This document shows, in pieces, positions 35,652 through 47,059 of a DNA stretch of 55,724 bases; position 1 is the stretch's first letter; the number at the start of each line of letters is the position of its first letter. The position numbers and the translations under genes were made by a program. The notes below the pieces were generated by a model. The model was not told the origin of the DNA. It made no database searches and worked only from the letters and a program-made list of their open reading frames with translations. Source of the stretch: Nemertoderma westbladi (taxonomy: Eukaryota > Animalia > Xenacoelomorpha); assembly GCA_032718475.1 (NCBI GenBank), contig JAUCBJ010008193.1:1-55724 (forward strand). Direction: 5' to 3'.

Positions 35652-38600
35652 GTGAGTTTGTCGGCATCCAGCTTCTAATTACAGGTGAGTTTGTCGGCAT
35701 CCAGCTTCTAATTACAGGTGAGTTTGTCGGCATCCAGCTTCTAATTACAGGTGAGTTTGTCGGCATCCAGCTTCTAATTACAGGTGAGTTTGTTGGCATC
35801 CAGCTTCTAATTACAGGTGAGTTTGTTGGCATCCAGCTTCTAATTACAGGTGAGTTTGTCGGCATCCAGCTTCTAATTACAGGTGAGTTTGTCGGCATCC
35901 AGCTTCTAATTACAGGTGAGTTTGTCGGCATCCAACTTCTAATTACAGGTGAGTTTGTCGGCGTCCAGCTTCTAATTACAGGTGAGTTTGTCGGCATCCA
36001 GCTTCTAATTACAGGTGAGTTTGTCGGCATCCAGCTTCTAATTACAGGTGAGTTTGTCGGCATCCAGCTTCTAATTAGAGGTGAGTTTGTCGGCATCCAG
36101 CTTCTAATTACAAGTGAGCTTGTCGGCATCCAGCTTCTAATTACAGGTGAGTTTGTCGGCATCCAGCTTCTAATTACTTGTGAGTTTGTCGGCATCCAGC
36201 TTCTAATTACTTGTGAGTTTGTCGGCGTCCAGCTTCTAATTACAGGTGAGTTTATCGGCATCCAGCTTCTAATTACAGGTGAGTTTGTCGGCATCCAGCT
36301 TCTAATTACAGGTGAGTTTGTCGGCGTCCAGCTTCTAATTACAGGTGAGTTTGTCGGAATCCAGCTTCTAATTAGAGGTGAGTTTGTCGGAATCCAGCTT
36401 CTAATTACAGGTGAGTTTGTTGGCATCCTGCTTCTAATTACAGGTGAGTTTGTCGGCATCCAGCTTCTAATTACAGGTGAGTTTGTCGGCATCCAGCTTC
36501 TAATTACAGGTGAGTTTGTCGGCATCCAGCTTCTAATTACTTGTGAGTTTGTCGGCGTCCAGCTTCTAATTACAGGTGAGTTTGTCGGCATCCAGCTTCT
36601 AATTACAGGTGAGTTTGTCGGCATCCAGCTTCTAATTGCAGGTGAGTTTGTCGGCATCCAGCTTCTAATTACTTGTGAGTTTGTCGGCGTCCAGCTTCTA
36701 ATTACAGGTGAGTTTGTCGGCATCCAGCTTCTAATTACAGGTGAGTTTGTCGGCATCCAACTTCTAATTACAGGTGAGTTTGTCGGCGTCCAGCTTCTAA
36801 TTACAGGTGAGTTTGTCGGAATCCAGCTTCTAATTACAGGTGAGTTTGTCGGCGTCCAGCTTCTAATTACATGTGAGTTTGTCGGCATCCAGCTTCTAAT
36901 TTCAGGTGAGTTTGTCGGCATCCAGCTTCTAATTACAGGTGAGTTTGTTGGCATCCAGCTTCTAATTACAGGTGAGTTTGTCGGAATCCAGCTTCTAATT
37001 ACAGGTGAGTTTGTCGGAATCCAGCTTCTAATTACAGGTGAGTTTATCGGCATCCAGCTTCTAATTACAGGTGAGTTTGTCGGAATCCAGCTTCTAATTA
37101 CAGGTGAGTTTATCGGCATCCAGCTTCTAATTTCAGGTGAGTTTGTCGGCATCCAGCTTCTAATTACAGGTGAGTTTGTTGGCATCCAGCTTCTAATTAC
37201 AGGTGAGTTTGTCGGAAACCAGCTTCTAATTACAGGTGAGTTTGTCGGAATCCAGCTTCTAATTACAGGTGAGTTTGTTGGCATCCAGCTTCTAATTACA
37301 GGTGAGTTTGTCGGCATCCAGCTTCTAATTACAGGTGAGTTTGTCGGCATCCAGCTTCTAATTACAGGTGAGTTTGTTGGCATCCAGCTTCTAATTACAT
37401 GTGAGTTTGTCGGCATCCAGCTTCTAATTACAGGTGAGTTTGTTGGCATCCAGCTTCTAATTACAGGTGAGTTTGTCGGAATCCAGCTTCTAATTACAGG
37501 TGAGTTTGTCGGCATCCAGCTTCTAATTTCAGGTGAGATTGTCGGCATCCAGCTTCTAATTACAGGTGAGTTTGTTGGCATCCAGCTTCTAATTACAGGT
37601 GAGTTTGTCGGAATCCAGATTCTAATTACAGGTGAGTTTGTCGGCGTCCAGCTTCTAATTACAGGTGAGTTTGTCGGCGTCCAGCTTCTAATTACATGTG
37701 AGTTTGTCGGCATCCAGCTTCTAATTACAGGTGAGTTTGTTGGCAACTAGCTTCTAATTATAGGTGAGTTTGTCGGAATCCAGCTTCTAATTACAGGTGA
37801 GTTTGTCGGCATCCAACTTCTAATTACAGGTGAGTTTGTCGGCGTCCAGCTTCTAATTACAGGTGAGTTTGTCGGAATCCAGCTTCTAATTACAGGTGAG
37901 TTTGTCGGCGTCCAGCTTCTAATTACATGTGAGTTTGTCGGCATCCAGCTTCTAATTTCAGGTGAGTTTGTCGGCATCCAGCTTCTAATTACAGGTGAGT
38001 TTGTTAGCATCCAGCTTCTAATTACAGGTGAGTTTGTCGGAATCCAGCTTCTAATTACAGGTGAGTTTGTCGGCGTCCAGCTTCTAATTACAGGTGAGTT
38101 TGTCGGCGTCCAGCTTCTAATTAGAGGTGAGTTTGTCGGAATCCAGCTTCTAATTACAGGTGAGTTTGTTGGCATCCAGCTTCTAATTACAGGTGATTTT
38201 GTCGGCATCCAGCTTCTAATTACAGGTGAGTTTGTCGGCATCCAGCTTCTAATTACAGGTGAGTTTGTCGGCATCCAACTTCTAATTACAGGTGAGTTTG
38301 TCGGCGTCCAGCTTCTAATTACAGGTGAGTTAGTCGGCATCCAGCTTCTAATTACAGGTGAGTTTGTCGGCATCCAGCTTCTAATTACAGGTGAGTTTGT
38401 CGGCATCCAGCTTCTAATTACTTGTGAGTTTGTCGGCGTCCAGCTTCTAATTACAGGTGAGTTTATCGGCATCCAGCTTCTAATTACAGGTGAGTTTGTC
38501 GGCATCCAGCTTCTAATTACAGGTGAGTTTGTCGGCGTCTAGCTTCTAATTACAGGTGAGTTTGTCGGAATCCAGCTTCTAATTAGAGGTGAGTTTGTCG

Positions 38601-41600
38601 GAATCCAGCTTCTAATTACAGGTGAGTTTGTTGGCATCCTGCTTCTAATTACAGGTGAGTTTGTCGGCATCCAGCTTCTAATTAGAGGTGAGTTTGTCGC
38701 CATCCAGCTTCTAATTAGAGGTGAGTTTGTCGGCATCCAGCTTCTAATTACAGGTGAGTTTGTCGGCATCCAGCTTCTAATTAGAGGTGAGTTTGTCGGC
38801 ATCCAGCTTCTAATTACAGGTGAGTTTGTCGGCATCTAGCTTATAATTACAGGTGAGTTTGTCGGCATCCAGCTTCTAATTACAGGTGAGTTTTTCGGCA
38901 TCTAGCTTCTAATTACAGGTGAGTTTGTCGGAATCCAGCTTCTAATTACAGGTGAGTTTGTCGGCATCCAGCTTCTAATTACAGGTGAGTTTGTCGGCAT
39001 CCAGCTTCTAATTACAGGTGAGTTTGTCGGAATCCAGCTTCTAATTAGAGGTGAGTTTGTCGGCATCCAGCTTGTAATTACAGGTGAGTTTGTCGGAATC
39101 CAGCTTCTAATTACAGGTGAGTTTGTCGGCGTCCAGCTTCTAATTACAGGTGAGTTTGTCGGAATCCAGCTTCTAATTAGAGGTGAGTTTGTCGGAATCC
39201 AGCTTGTAATTACAGGTGAGTTTGTCGGAATCCAGCTTCTAATTACAGGTGAGTTTATCGGCATCCAGCTTCTAATTACAGGTGAGTTTGTCGGAATCCA
39301 GCTTCTAATTACAGGTGAGTTTATCGGCATCCAGCTTATAATTACAGGTGAGTTTGTCGGCATCTAGCTTCTAATTACAGGTGAGTTTGTCGGAATCCAG
39401 CTTCTAATTACAGGTGAGTTTATCGGCATCCAGCTTCTAATTACAGGTGAGTTTGTCGGCATCCAGCTTCTAATTACAGGTGAGTTTGTCGGAATCCAGC
39501 TTCTAATTACAGGTGAGTTTGTTGGCATCCAGCTTCTAATTACAGGTGAGTTTGTCGGCATCCAGCTTCTAATTACAGGTGAGTTTGTCGGCATCCAGCT
39601 TCTAATTACAGGTGAGTTTGTCGGCGTCCAGCTTCTAATTACAGGTGAGTTTGTCGGCGTCCAGCTTCTAATTACAGGTGAGTTTGTCGGCATCTAGCTT
39701 CTAATTACAGGTGAGTTTGTCGGAATCCAGCTTCTAATTACAGGTGAGTTTATCGGCATCCAGCTTCTAATTACAGGTGAGTTTGTCGGCATCCAGCTTC
39801 TAATTACAGGTGAGTTTGTCGGAATCCAGCTTCTAATTACAGGTGAGTTTGTTGGCATCCAGCTTCTAATTTCAGGTGAGTTTGTCGGCATCCAGCTTCT
39901 AATTACAGGTGAGTTTGTCGGCATCCAGCTTCTAATTACAGGTGAGTTTGTCGGCATCTAGCTTCTAATTACAGGTGAGTTTGTCGGAATCCAGCTTCTA
40001 ATTAGAGGTGAGTTTGTCGGCATCCAGCTTGTAATTACAGGTGAGTTTGTCGGAATCCAGCTTCTAATTACAGGTGAGTTTGTTGGCATCCTGCTTCTAA
40101 TTACAGGTGAGTTTGTCGGCATCCAGCTTCTAATTAGAGGTGAGTTTGTCGCCATCCAGCTTCTAATTAGAGGTGAGTTTGTCGGCATCCAGCTTCTAAT
40201 TACAGGTGAGTTTGTCGGCATCCAGCTTCTAATTAGAGGTGAGTTTGTCGGCATCCAGCTTCTAATTACAGGTGAGTTTGTCGGCATCTAGCTTCTAATT
40301 ACAGGTGAGTTTGTCGGCATCCAGCTTCTAATTACAGGTGAGTTTGTCGGCATCTAGCTTCTAATTACAGGTGAGTTTGTCGGAATCCAGCTTCTAATTA
40401 CAGGTGAGTTTGTTGGCATCCAGCTTCTAATTACAGGTGAGTTTGTCGGCATCCAGCTTCTAATTACAGGTGAGTTTGTCGGCATCCAGCTTCTAATTAC
40501 AGGTGAGTTTGTTGGCATCCAGCTTCTAATTACATGTGAGTTTGTCGGCATCCAGCTTCTAATTACAGGTGAGTTTGTTGGCATCCAGCTTCTAATTACA
40601 GGTGAGTTTGTCGGAATCCAGCTTCTAATTACAGGTGAGTTTGTCGGCATCCAGCTTCTAATTTCAGGTGAGTTTGTCGGCATCCAGCTTCTAATTACAG
40701 GTGAGTTTGTTGGCATCCAGCTTCTAATTACAGGTGAGTTTGTCGGAATCCAGATTCTAATTACAGGTGAGTTTGTCGGCGTCCAGCTTCTAATTACAGG
40801 TGAGTTTGTCGGCGTCCAGCTTCTAATTACATGTGAGTTTGTCGGCATCCAGCTTCTAATTACAGGTGAGTTTGTTGGCATCTAGCTTCTAATTATAGGT
40901 GAGTTTGTCGGAATCCAGCTTCTAATTACAGGTGAGTTTGTCGGCATCCAACTTCTAATTACAGGTGAGTTTGTCGGCGTCCAGCTTCTAATTACAGGTG
41001 AGTTTGTCGGAATCCAGCTTCTAATTACAGGTGAGTTTGTCGGCGTCCAGCTTCTAATTACATGTGAGTTTGTCGGCATCCAGCTTCTAATTACAGGTGA
41101 GTTTGTTGGCATCCAGCTTCTAATTACAGGTGAGTTTGTCGGAATCCAGCTTCTAATTACAGGTGAGTTTGTCGGCGTCCAGCTTCTAATTACAGGTGAG
41201 TTTGTCGGCGTCCAGCTTCTAATTAGAGGTGAGTTTGTCGGAATCCAGCTTCTAATTACAGGTGAGTTTGTTGGCATCCAGCTTCTAATTACAGGTGATT
41301 TTGTCGGCATCCAGCTTCTAATTACAGGTGAGTTTGTCGGCATCCAGCTTCTAATTACAGGTGAGTTTGTCGGCATCCAACTTCTAATTACAGGTGAGTT
41401 TGTCGGCGTCCAGCTTCTAATTACAGGTGAGTTAGTCGGCATCCAGCTTCTAATTACAGGTGAGTTTGTCGGCATCCAGCTTCTAATTACAGGTGAGTTT
41501 GTCGGCATCCAGCTTCTAATTACTTGTGAGTTTGTCGGCGTCCAGCTTCTAATTACAGGTGAGTTTATCGGCATCCAGCTTCTAATTACAGGTGAGTTTG

Positions 41601-44600
41601 TCGGCATCCAGCTTCTAATTACAGGTGAGTTTGTCGGCGTCTAGCTTCTAATTACAGGTGAGTTTGTCGGAATCCAGCTTCTAATTAGAGGTGAGTTTGT
41701 CGGAATCCAGCTTCTAATTACAGGTGAGTTTGTTGGCATCCTGCTTCTAATTACAGGTGAGTTTGTCGGCATCCAGCTTCTAATTAGAGGTGAGTTTGTC
41801 GCCATCCAGCTTCTAATTAGAGGTGAGTTTGTCGGCATCCAGCTTCTAATTACAGGTGAGTTTGTCGGCATCCAGCTTCTAATTAGAGGTGAGTTTGTCG
41901 GCATCCAGCTTCTAATTACAGGTGAGTTTGTCGGCATCTAGCTTATAATTACAGGTGAGTTTGTCGGCATCCAGCTTCTAATTACAGGTGAGTTTTTCGG
42001 CATCTAGCTTCTAATTACAGGTGAGTTTGTCGGAATCCAGCTTCTAATTACAGGTGAGTTTGTCGGCATCCAGCTTCTAATTACAGGTGAGTTTGTCGGC
42101 ATCCAGCTTCTAATTACAGGTGAGTTTGTCGGAATCCAGCTTCTAATTAGAGGTGAGTTTGTCGGCATCCAGCTTGTAATTACAGGTGAGTTTGTCGGAA
42201 TCCAGCTTCTAATTACAGGTGAGTTTGTCGGCGTCCAGCTTCTAATTACAGGTGAGTTTGTCGGAATCCAGCTTCTAATTAGAGGTGAGTTTGTCGGAAT
42301 CCAGCTTGTAATTACAGGTGAGTTTGTCGGAATCCAGCTTCTAATTACAGGTGAGTTTATCGGCATCCAGCTTCTAATTACAGGTGAGTTTGTCGGAATC
42401 CAGCTTCTAATTACAGGTGAGTTTATCGGCATCCAGCTTATAATTACAGGTGAGTTTGTCGGCATCTAGCTTCTAATTACAGGTGAGTTTGTCGGAATCC
42501 AGCTTCTAATTACAGGTGAGTTTATCGGCATCCAGCTTCTAATTACAGGTGAGTTTGTCGGCATCCAGCTTCTAATTACAGGTGAGTTTGTCGGAATCCA
42601 GCTTCTAATTACAGGTGAGTTTGTTGGCATCCAGCTTCTAATTACAGGTGAGTTTGTCGGCATCCAGCTTCTAATTACAGGTGAGTTTGTCGGCATCCAG
42701 CTTCTAATTACAGGTGAGTTTGTCGGCGTCCAGCTTCTAATTACAGGTGAGTTTGTCGGCGTCCAGCTTCTAATTACAGGTGAGTTTGTCGGCATCTAGC
42801 TTCTAATTACAGGTGAGTTTGTCGGAATCCAGCTTCTAATTACAGGTGAGTTTATCGGCATCCAGCTTCTAATTACAGGTGAGTTTGTCGGCATCCAGCT
42901 TCTAATTACAGGTGAGTTTGTCGGAATCCAGCTTCTAATTACAGGTGAGTTTGTTGGCATCCAGCTTCTAATTACAGGTGAGTTTGTCGGCATCCAGCTT
43001 CTAATTACAGGTGAGTTTGTCGGCATCCAGCTTCTAATTACAGGTGAGTTTGTCGGCATCCAGCTTCTAATTACAGGTGAGTTTGTCGGAATCCAGCTTC
43101 TAATTAGAGGTGAGTTTGTCGGCATCCAGCTTGTAATTACAGGTGAGTTTGTCGGAATCCAGCTTCTAATTACAGGTGAGTTTGTCGGCGTCCAGCTTCT
43201 AATTACAGGTGAGTTTGTCGGAATCCAGCTTCTAATTAGAGGTGAGTTTGTCGGAATCCAGCTTGTAATTACAGGTGAGTTTGTCGGAATCCAGCTTCTA
43301 ATTACAGGTGAGTTTGTTGGCATCCTGCTTCTAATTACAGGTGAGTTTGTCGGCATCCAGCTTCTAATTAGAGGTGAGTTTGTCGCCATCCAGCTTCTAA
43401 TTAGAGGTGAGTTTGTCGGCATCCAGCTTCTAATTACAGGTGAGTTTGTCGGCATCCAGCTTCTAATTAGAGGTGAGTTTGTCGGCATCCAGCTTCTAAT
43501 TACAGGTGAGTTTGTCGGCATCTAGCTTCTAATTACAGGTGAGTTTGTCGGCATCCAGCTTCTAATTACAGGTGAGTTTGTCGGCATCTAGCTTCTAATT
43601 ACAGGTGAGTTTGTCGGAATCCAGCTTCTAATTACAGGTGAGTTTGTCGGCATCCAGCTTCTAATTACAGGTGAGTTTGTCGGCATCCAGCTTCTAATTA
43701 CAGGTGAGTTTGTCGGAATCCAGCTTCTAATTAGAGGTGAGTTTGTCGGCATCCAGCTTGTAATTACAGGTGAGTTTGTCGGAATCCAGCTTCTAATTAC
43801 AGGTGAGTTTGTCGGCGTCCAGCTTCTAATTACAGGTGAGTTTGTCGGAATCCAGCTTCTAATTAGAGGTGAGTTTGTCGGAATCCAGCTTGTAATTACA
43901 GGTGAGTTTGTCGGAATCCAGCTTCTAATTACAGGTGAGTTTATCGGCATCCAGCTTCTAATTACAGGTGAGTTTGTCGGCATCCAGCTTCTAATTACAG
44001 GTGAGTTTGTCGGAATCCAGCTTCTAATTACAGGTGAGTTTGTTGGCATCCAGCTTCTAATTACAGGTGAGTTTGTCGGCATCCAGCTTCTAATTACAGG
44101 TGAGTTTGTCGGCATCCAGCTTCTAATTACAGGTGAGTTTGTCGGCGTCCAGCTTCTAATTACAGGTGAGTTTGTCGGCGTCCAGCTTCTAATTACAGGT
44201 GAGTTTGTCGGCATCTAGCTTCTAATTACAGGTGAGTTTGTCGGAATCCAGCTTCTAATTACAGGTGAGTTTATCGGCATCCAGCTTCTAATTACAGGTG
44301 AGTTTGTCGGCATCCAGCTTCTAATTACAGGTGAGTTTGTCGGAATCCAGCTTCTAATTACAGGTGAGTTTGTTGGCATCCAGCTTCTAATTACAGGTGA
44401 GTTTGTCGGCATCCAGCTTCTAATTACAGGTGAGTTTGTCGGCATCCAGCTTCTAATTACAGGTGAGTTTGTCGGCATCCAGCTTCTAATTACAGGTGAG
44501 TTTGTCGGAATCCAGCTTCTAATTAGAGGTGAGTTTGTCGGCATCCAGCTTGTAATTACAGGTGAGTTTGTCGGAATCCAGCTTCTAATTACAGGTGAGT

Positions 44601-45265
44601 TTGTCGGCGTCCAGCTTCTAATTACAGGTGAGTTTGTCGGAATCCAGCTTCTAATTAGAGGTGAGTTTGTCGGAATCCAGCTTGTAATTACAGGTGAGTT
44701 TGTCGGAATCCAGCTTCTAATTACAGGTGAGTTTGTCGGCATCCAGCTTCGAATTACAGGTGAGTTTGTAGGCATCCAGCTTCTAATTAGAGGTGAGTTT
44801 GTCGGAATCCAGCTTCTAATTAGAGGTGAGTTTGTCGGCATCCAGCTTGTAATTACAGGTGAGTTTGTCGGAATCCAGCTTCTAATTACAGGTGAGTTTG
44901 TCGGCATCCAGCTTCTAATTACAGGTGAGTTTGTCGGCGTCCAGCTTCTAATTACAGGTGAGTTTGTCGGAATCCAGCTTCTAATTAGAGGTGAGTTTGT
45001 CGGCATCCAGCTTGTAATTACAGGTGAGTTTGTCGGAATCCAGCTTCTAATTACAGGTGAGTTTGTCGGCATCCAGCTTCTAATTACAGGTGAGTTTGTC
45101 GGCATCCAGCTTCCAATTACAGGTGAGTTTGTCGGCATCCAGCTTCTAATTACAGGTGAGTTTGTCGGCATCCAGCTTCTAATTACAGGTGAGTTTGTCG
45201 GCATCCAGCTTCTAATTACAGGTGAGTTTGTCGGCATCCAGCTTCTAATTACAGGTGAGTTTGTC
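35631..45265. repeat. 33-bp satellite (ATCCAGCTTCTAATTACAGGTGAGTTTGTCGGC), ~292 copies, derived from the exon/intron junction
   Basis: First unit overlaps the last ~20 nt of the exon; ORF-track breakpoints differ by multiples of 33, indicating no net indels. Confidence 0.99.
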
Positions 45266-45525
45266 AACGGTGTCATTTGTTATTAATAACAGGACCGAGT
45301 ATGATTTTTTAACTTTTGAATTCTCGTATATAAAACATATATACAATCCACCACCAGACTAACAACTGTGCTATATGATTCTTGTAAATTAATCAAAATA
45401 TTACTATTATGAGGGGAAGGGGGGGGGGGGGGGGGGACTATATACTCTTACTTCTATATAACTCAGCTAAGGAAAATCAGGTCCCCTAATGATTGCCTAA
45501 TTCAATACAATGTTATTTATTTTAG

Positions 45526-45643
45526 GACACCAACCACACCTGGTGGCCTTTATGTGGCTGATCGAGATTGGTTCTACGAATATGGTGGTTATGATGATGG
45601 AATGGATATCTGGGGTGGCGAGGCATTGGATCAGTCATTTCGA
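45526..45643 (+). CDS. GALNT: Next GALNT-like exon (118 bp, phase 2-0), Gal/GalNAc-T motif
   Basis: TTATTTATTTTAG acceptor, GTAATT donor; (R)[39 protein letters not shown] matches TPTMAGGLF...[16 protein letters not shown]; phase compatible with the previous exon (AG|G = Arg). Not in the supplied ORF track. Confidence 0.93.
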
Positions 45644-45662
45644 GTAATTTATTATTGATATT

Positions 45663-46011
45663 AAGTAACAATGGTTCACTGTGATATAAAGTAATAATGG
45701 TCCACTGTGATATAAAGTAATAATGATCCACTGTGATATAAAGTAATAATGGTCCACTGTGATATAAAGTAATAATGGTCCACTGTGATATAAAGTAATA
45801 ATGATCCACTGTGATATAAAGTAATAATGGTCCACCGTAATATAAAGTAATAATGATCCACTGTGATATAAAGTAATAATGGTCCACTGTGACATAAAGT
45901 AATAATGGTCCACTGTGATATAAAGTAATAATGGTCCACTGTGATATAAAGTAATAATGATCCACTGTGATATAAAGTAATAATGGTCCACTGTGATATA
46001 AAGTAATAATG
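45663..46011. repeat. 26-bp tandem repeat (CCACTGTGATATAAAGTAATAATGGT), ~13 copies
   Basis: Period 26 (45677 to 45703); starts ~20 bp after the splice donor. Confidence 0.95.
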
Positions 46012-46085
46012 CTCTAATGAGATATAAAGTTATAAATACATACAAAATATACATTCATCCGCACATTCTCAGGTGGCTGAACTGA

Positions 46086-46203
46086 ACACAATGTTTCAGT
46101 GTATTTCTGAAGACGTTTCGAGATTGACCAGTGGCTGGACACAATGTTTCAGTGTATTTCAGAAGACGTTTCGAGATTGACCTGTGGCTGGACACAATGT
46201 TTC
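46086..46203. repeat. 53-bp tandem repeat, ~2.2 copies
   Basis: ACACAATGTTTC recurs at 46086, 46139, 46192. Confidence 0.85.
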
Positions 46204-46271
46204 CTCTCACTAGTCGGCTGACATTGAAAAAGATCATACAAAAGGGTGATGAGTTATAAGATCACAATAGT

Positions 46272-46625
46272 GGTCGATTAAAGCGCCCGTCATGATAGTA
46301 GCCGGTCATTTAAATCGCCCGTCCATATGATAGTAGCCGGTCATTTAAATCGCCCGTCCATATGATAGTAGCCGGTCATTTAAATCGCCCGTCCATATGA
46401 TAGTAGCCGATCATTTAAATCACCCGTCCATATGATAGTAGCCGGTCATTTAAATCGCCCGTCCAATAAGCGTTCATATGATAGTAGCCGGTCACTTAAA
46501 TCGCCCGTCCATATGATAGTAGCTGGTCATTTTAATCGCCCGTCCATATGATAGAGGCCGGTCATTTAAATCGCCCGTCCATATGATAGTAGCCGGTCAT
46601 TTAAATCGCCCGTCCATATGATAGT
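46272..46625. repeat. 35-bp tandem repeat (CATATGATAGTAGCCGGTCATTTAAATCGCCCGTC), ~10 copies
   Basis: Period 35 (46324 to 46359); ends abruptly at the BEL2 LTR terminus. Confidence 0.93.
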
Positions 46626-46800
46626 TGTGATGGGATCCGAGTTGGCAAAAGATCCCGACTGGTGTGTGTGTGTTTCGAGCCGTATGGAGAATATGTGTCG
46701 CCGCGTCTGCTAGGCTACTGAAAGGCTGTCAATGAAGCTGAAAGGCCGAAGGCCGGTGGAATAACTGAGTTTATAGTTATAGTTGTTCGTAATATCAACA
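46626..46800 (-). repeat. Putative BEL2 3' LTR (or its distal part)
   Basis: Minus strand ends CGGGATC...GGATCCCATCACA, like BEL1 CGGGATCC...GGATCCCGTCACA. Start TGTTG at 46800 is tentative (no adjacent PPT, no partner LTR). Confidence 0.6.
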
Positions 46801-47059
46801 TGTACAAGCACAATCCTCCTCTCGCACCTCCTCACCATATTCCTCTCATACTCAACCCCATTTTACTCTCACTCTCTACAATCCTGTCTGGTCTCACATG
46901 TGTACTTCATGTGAGTTCCGTCATTGTCTCATCCTCCTGTTTTAGTCAATTATTCCCCAGTCCCAGTAGCAAATTGGAAAAGGTTATTTCTGACTATAGT
47001 ACATACATCATATTCTTTCTAAGTCTTTGTATTGCACTTTAGATTGATTACGTATATAT

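Noticed and set aside
35602-45276. Long ORFs (MPTNSPVIRSW)n and (IQLLITGEFVG)n
   Set aside because: By-products of a 33-bp unit lacking stops in some frames; the region is an intron between two phase-compatible GALNT exons.
46086-46203. Penelope-type hammerhead ribozyme (CTGAAGA and CGAAAC-like strings)
   Set aside because: The core motifs fall on opposite strands and no hammerhead stems could be built.
1-46625. CRISPR array interpretation of the 26-47-bp repeats
   Set aside because: Head-to-tail repeats without unique spacers, no cas genes, eukaryotic context.
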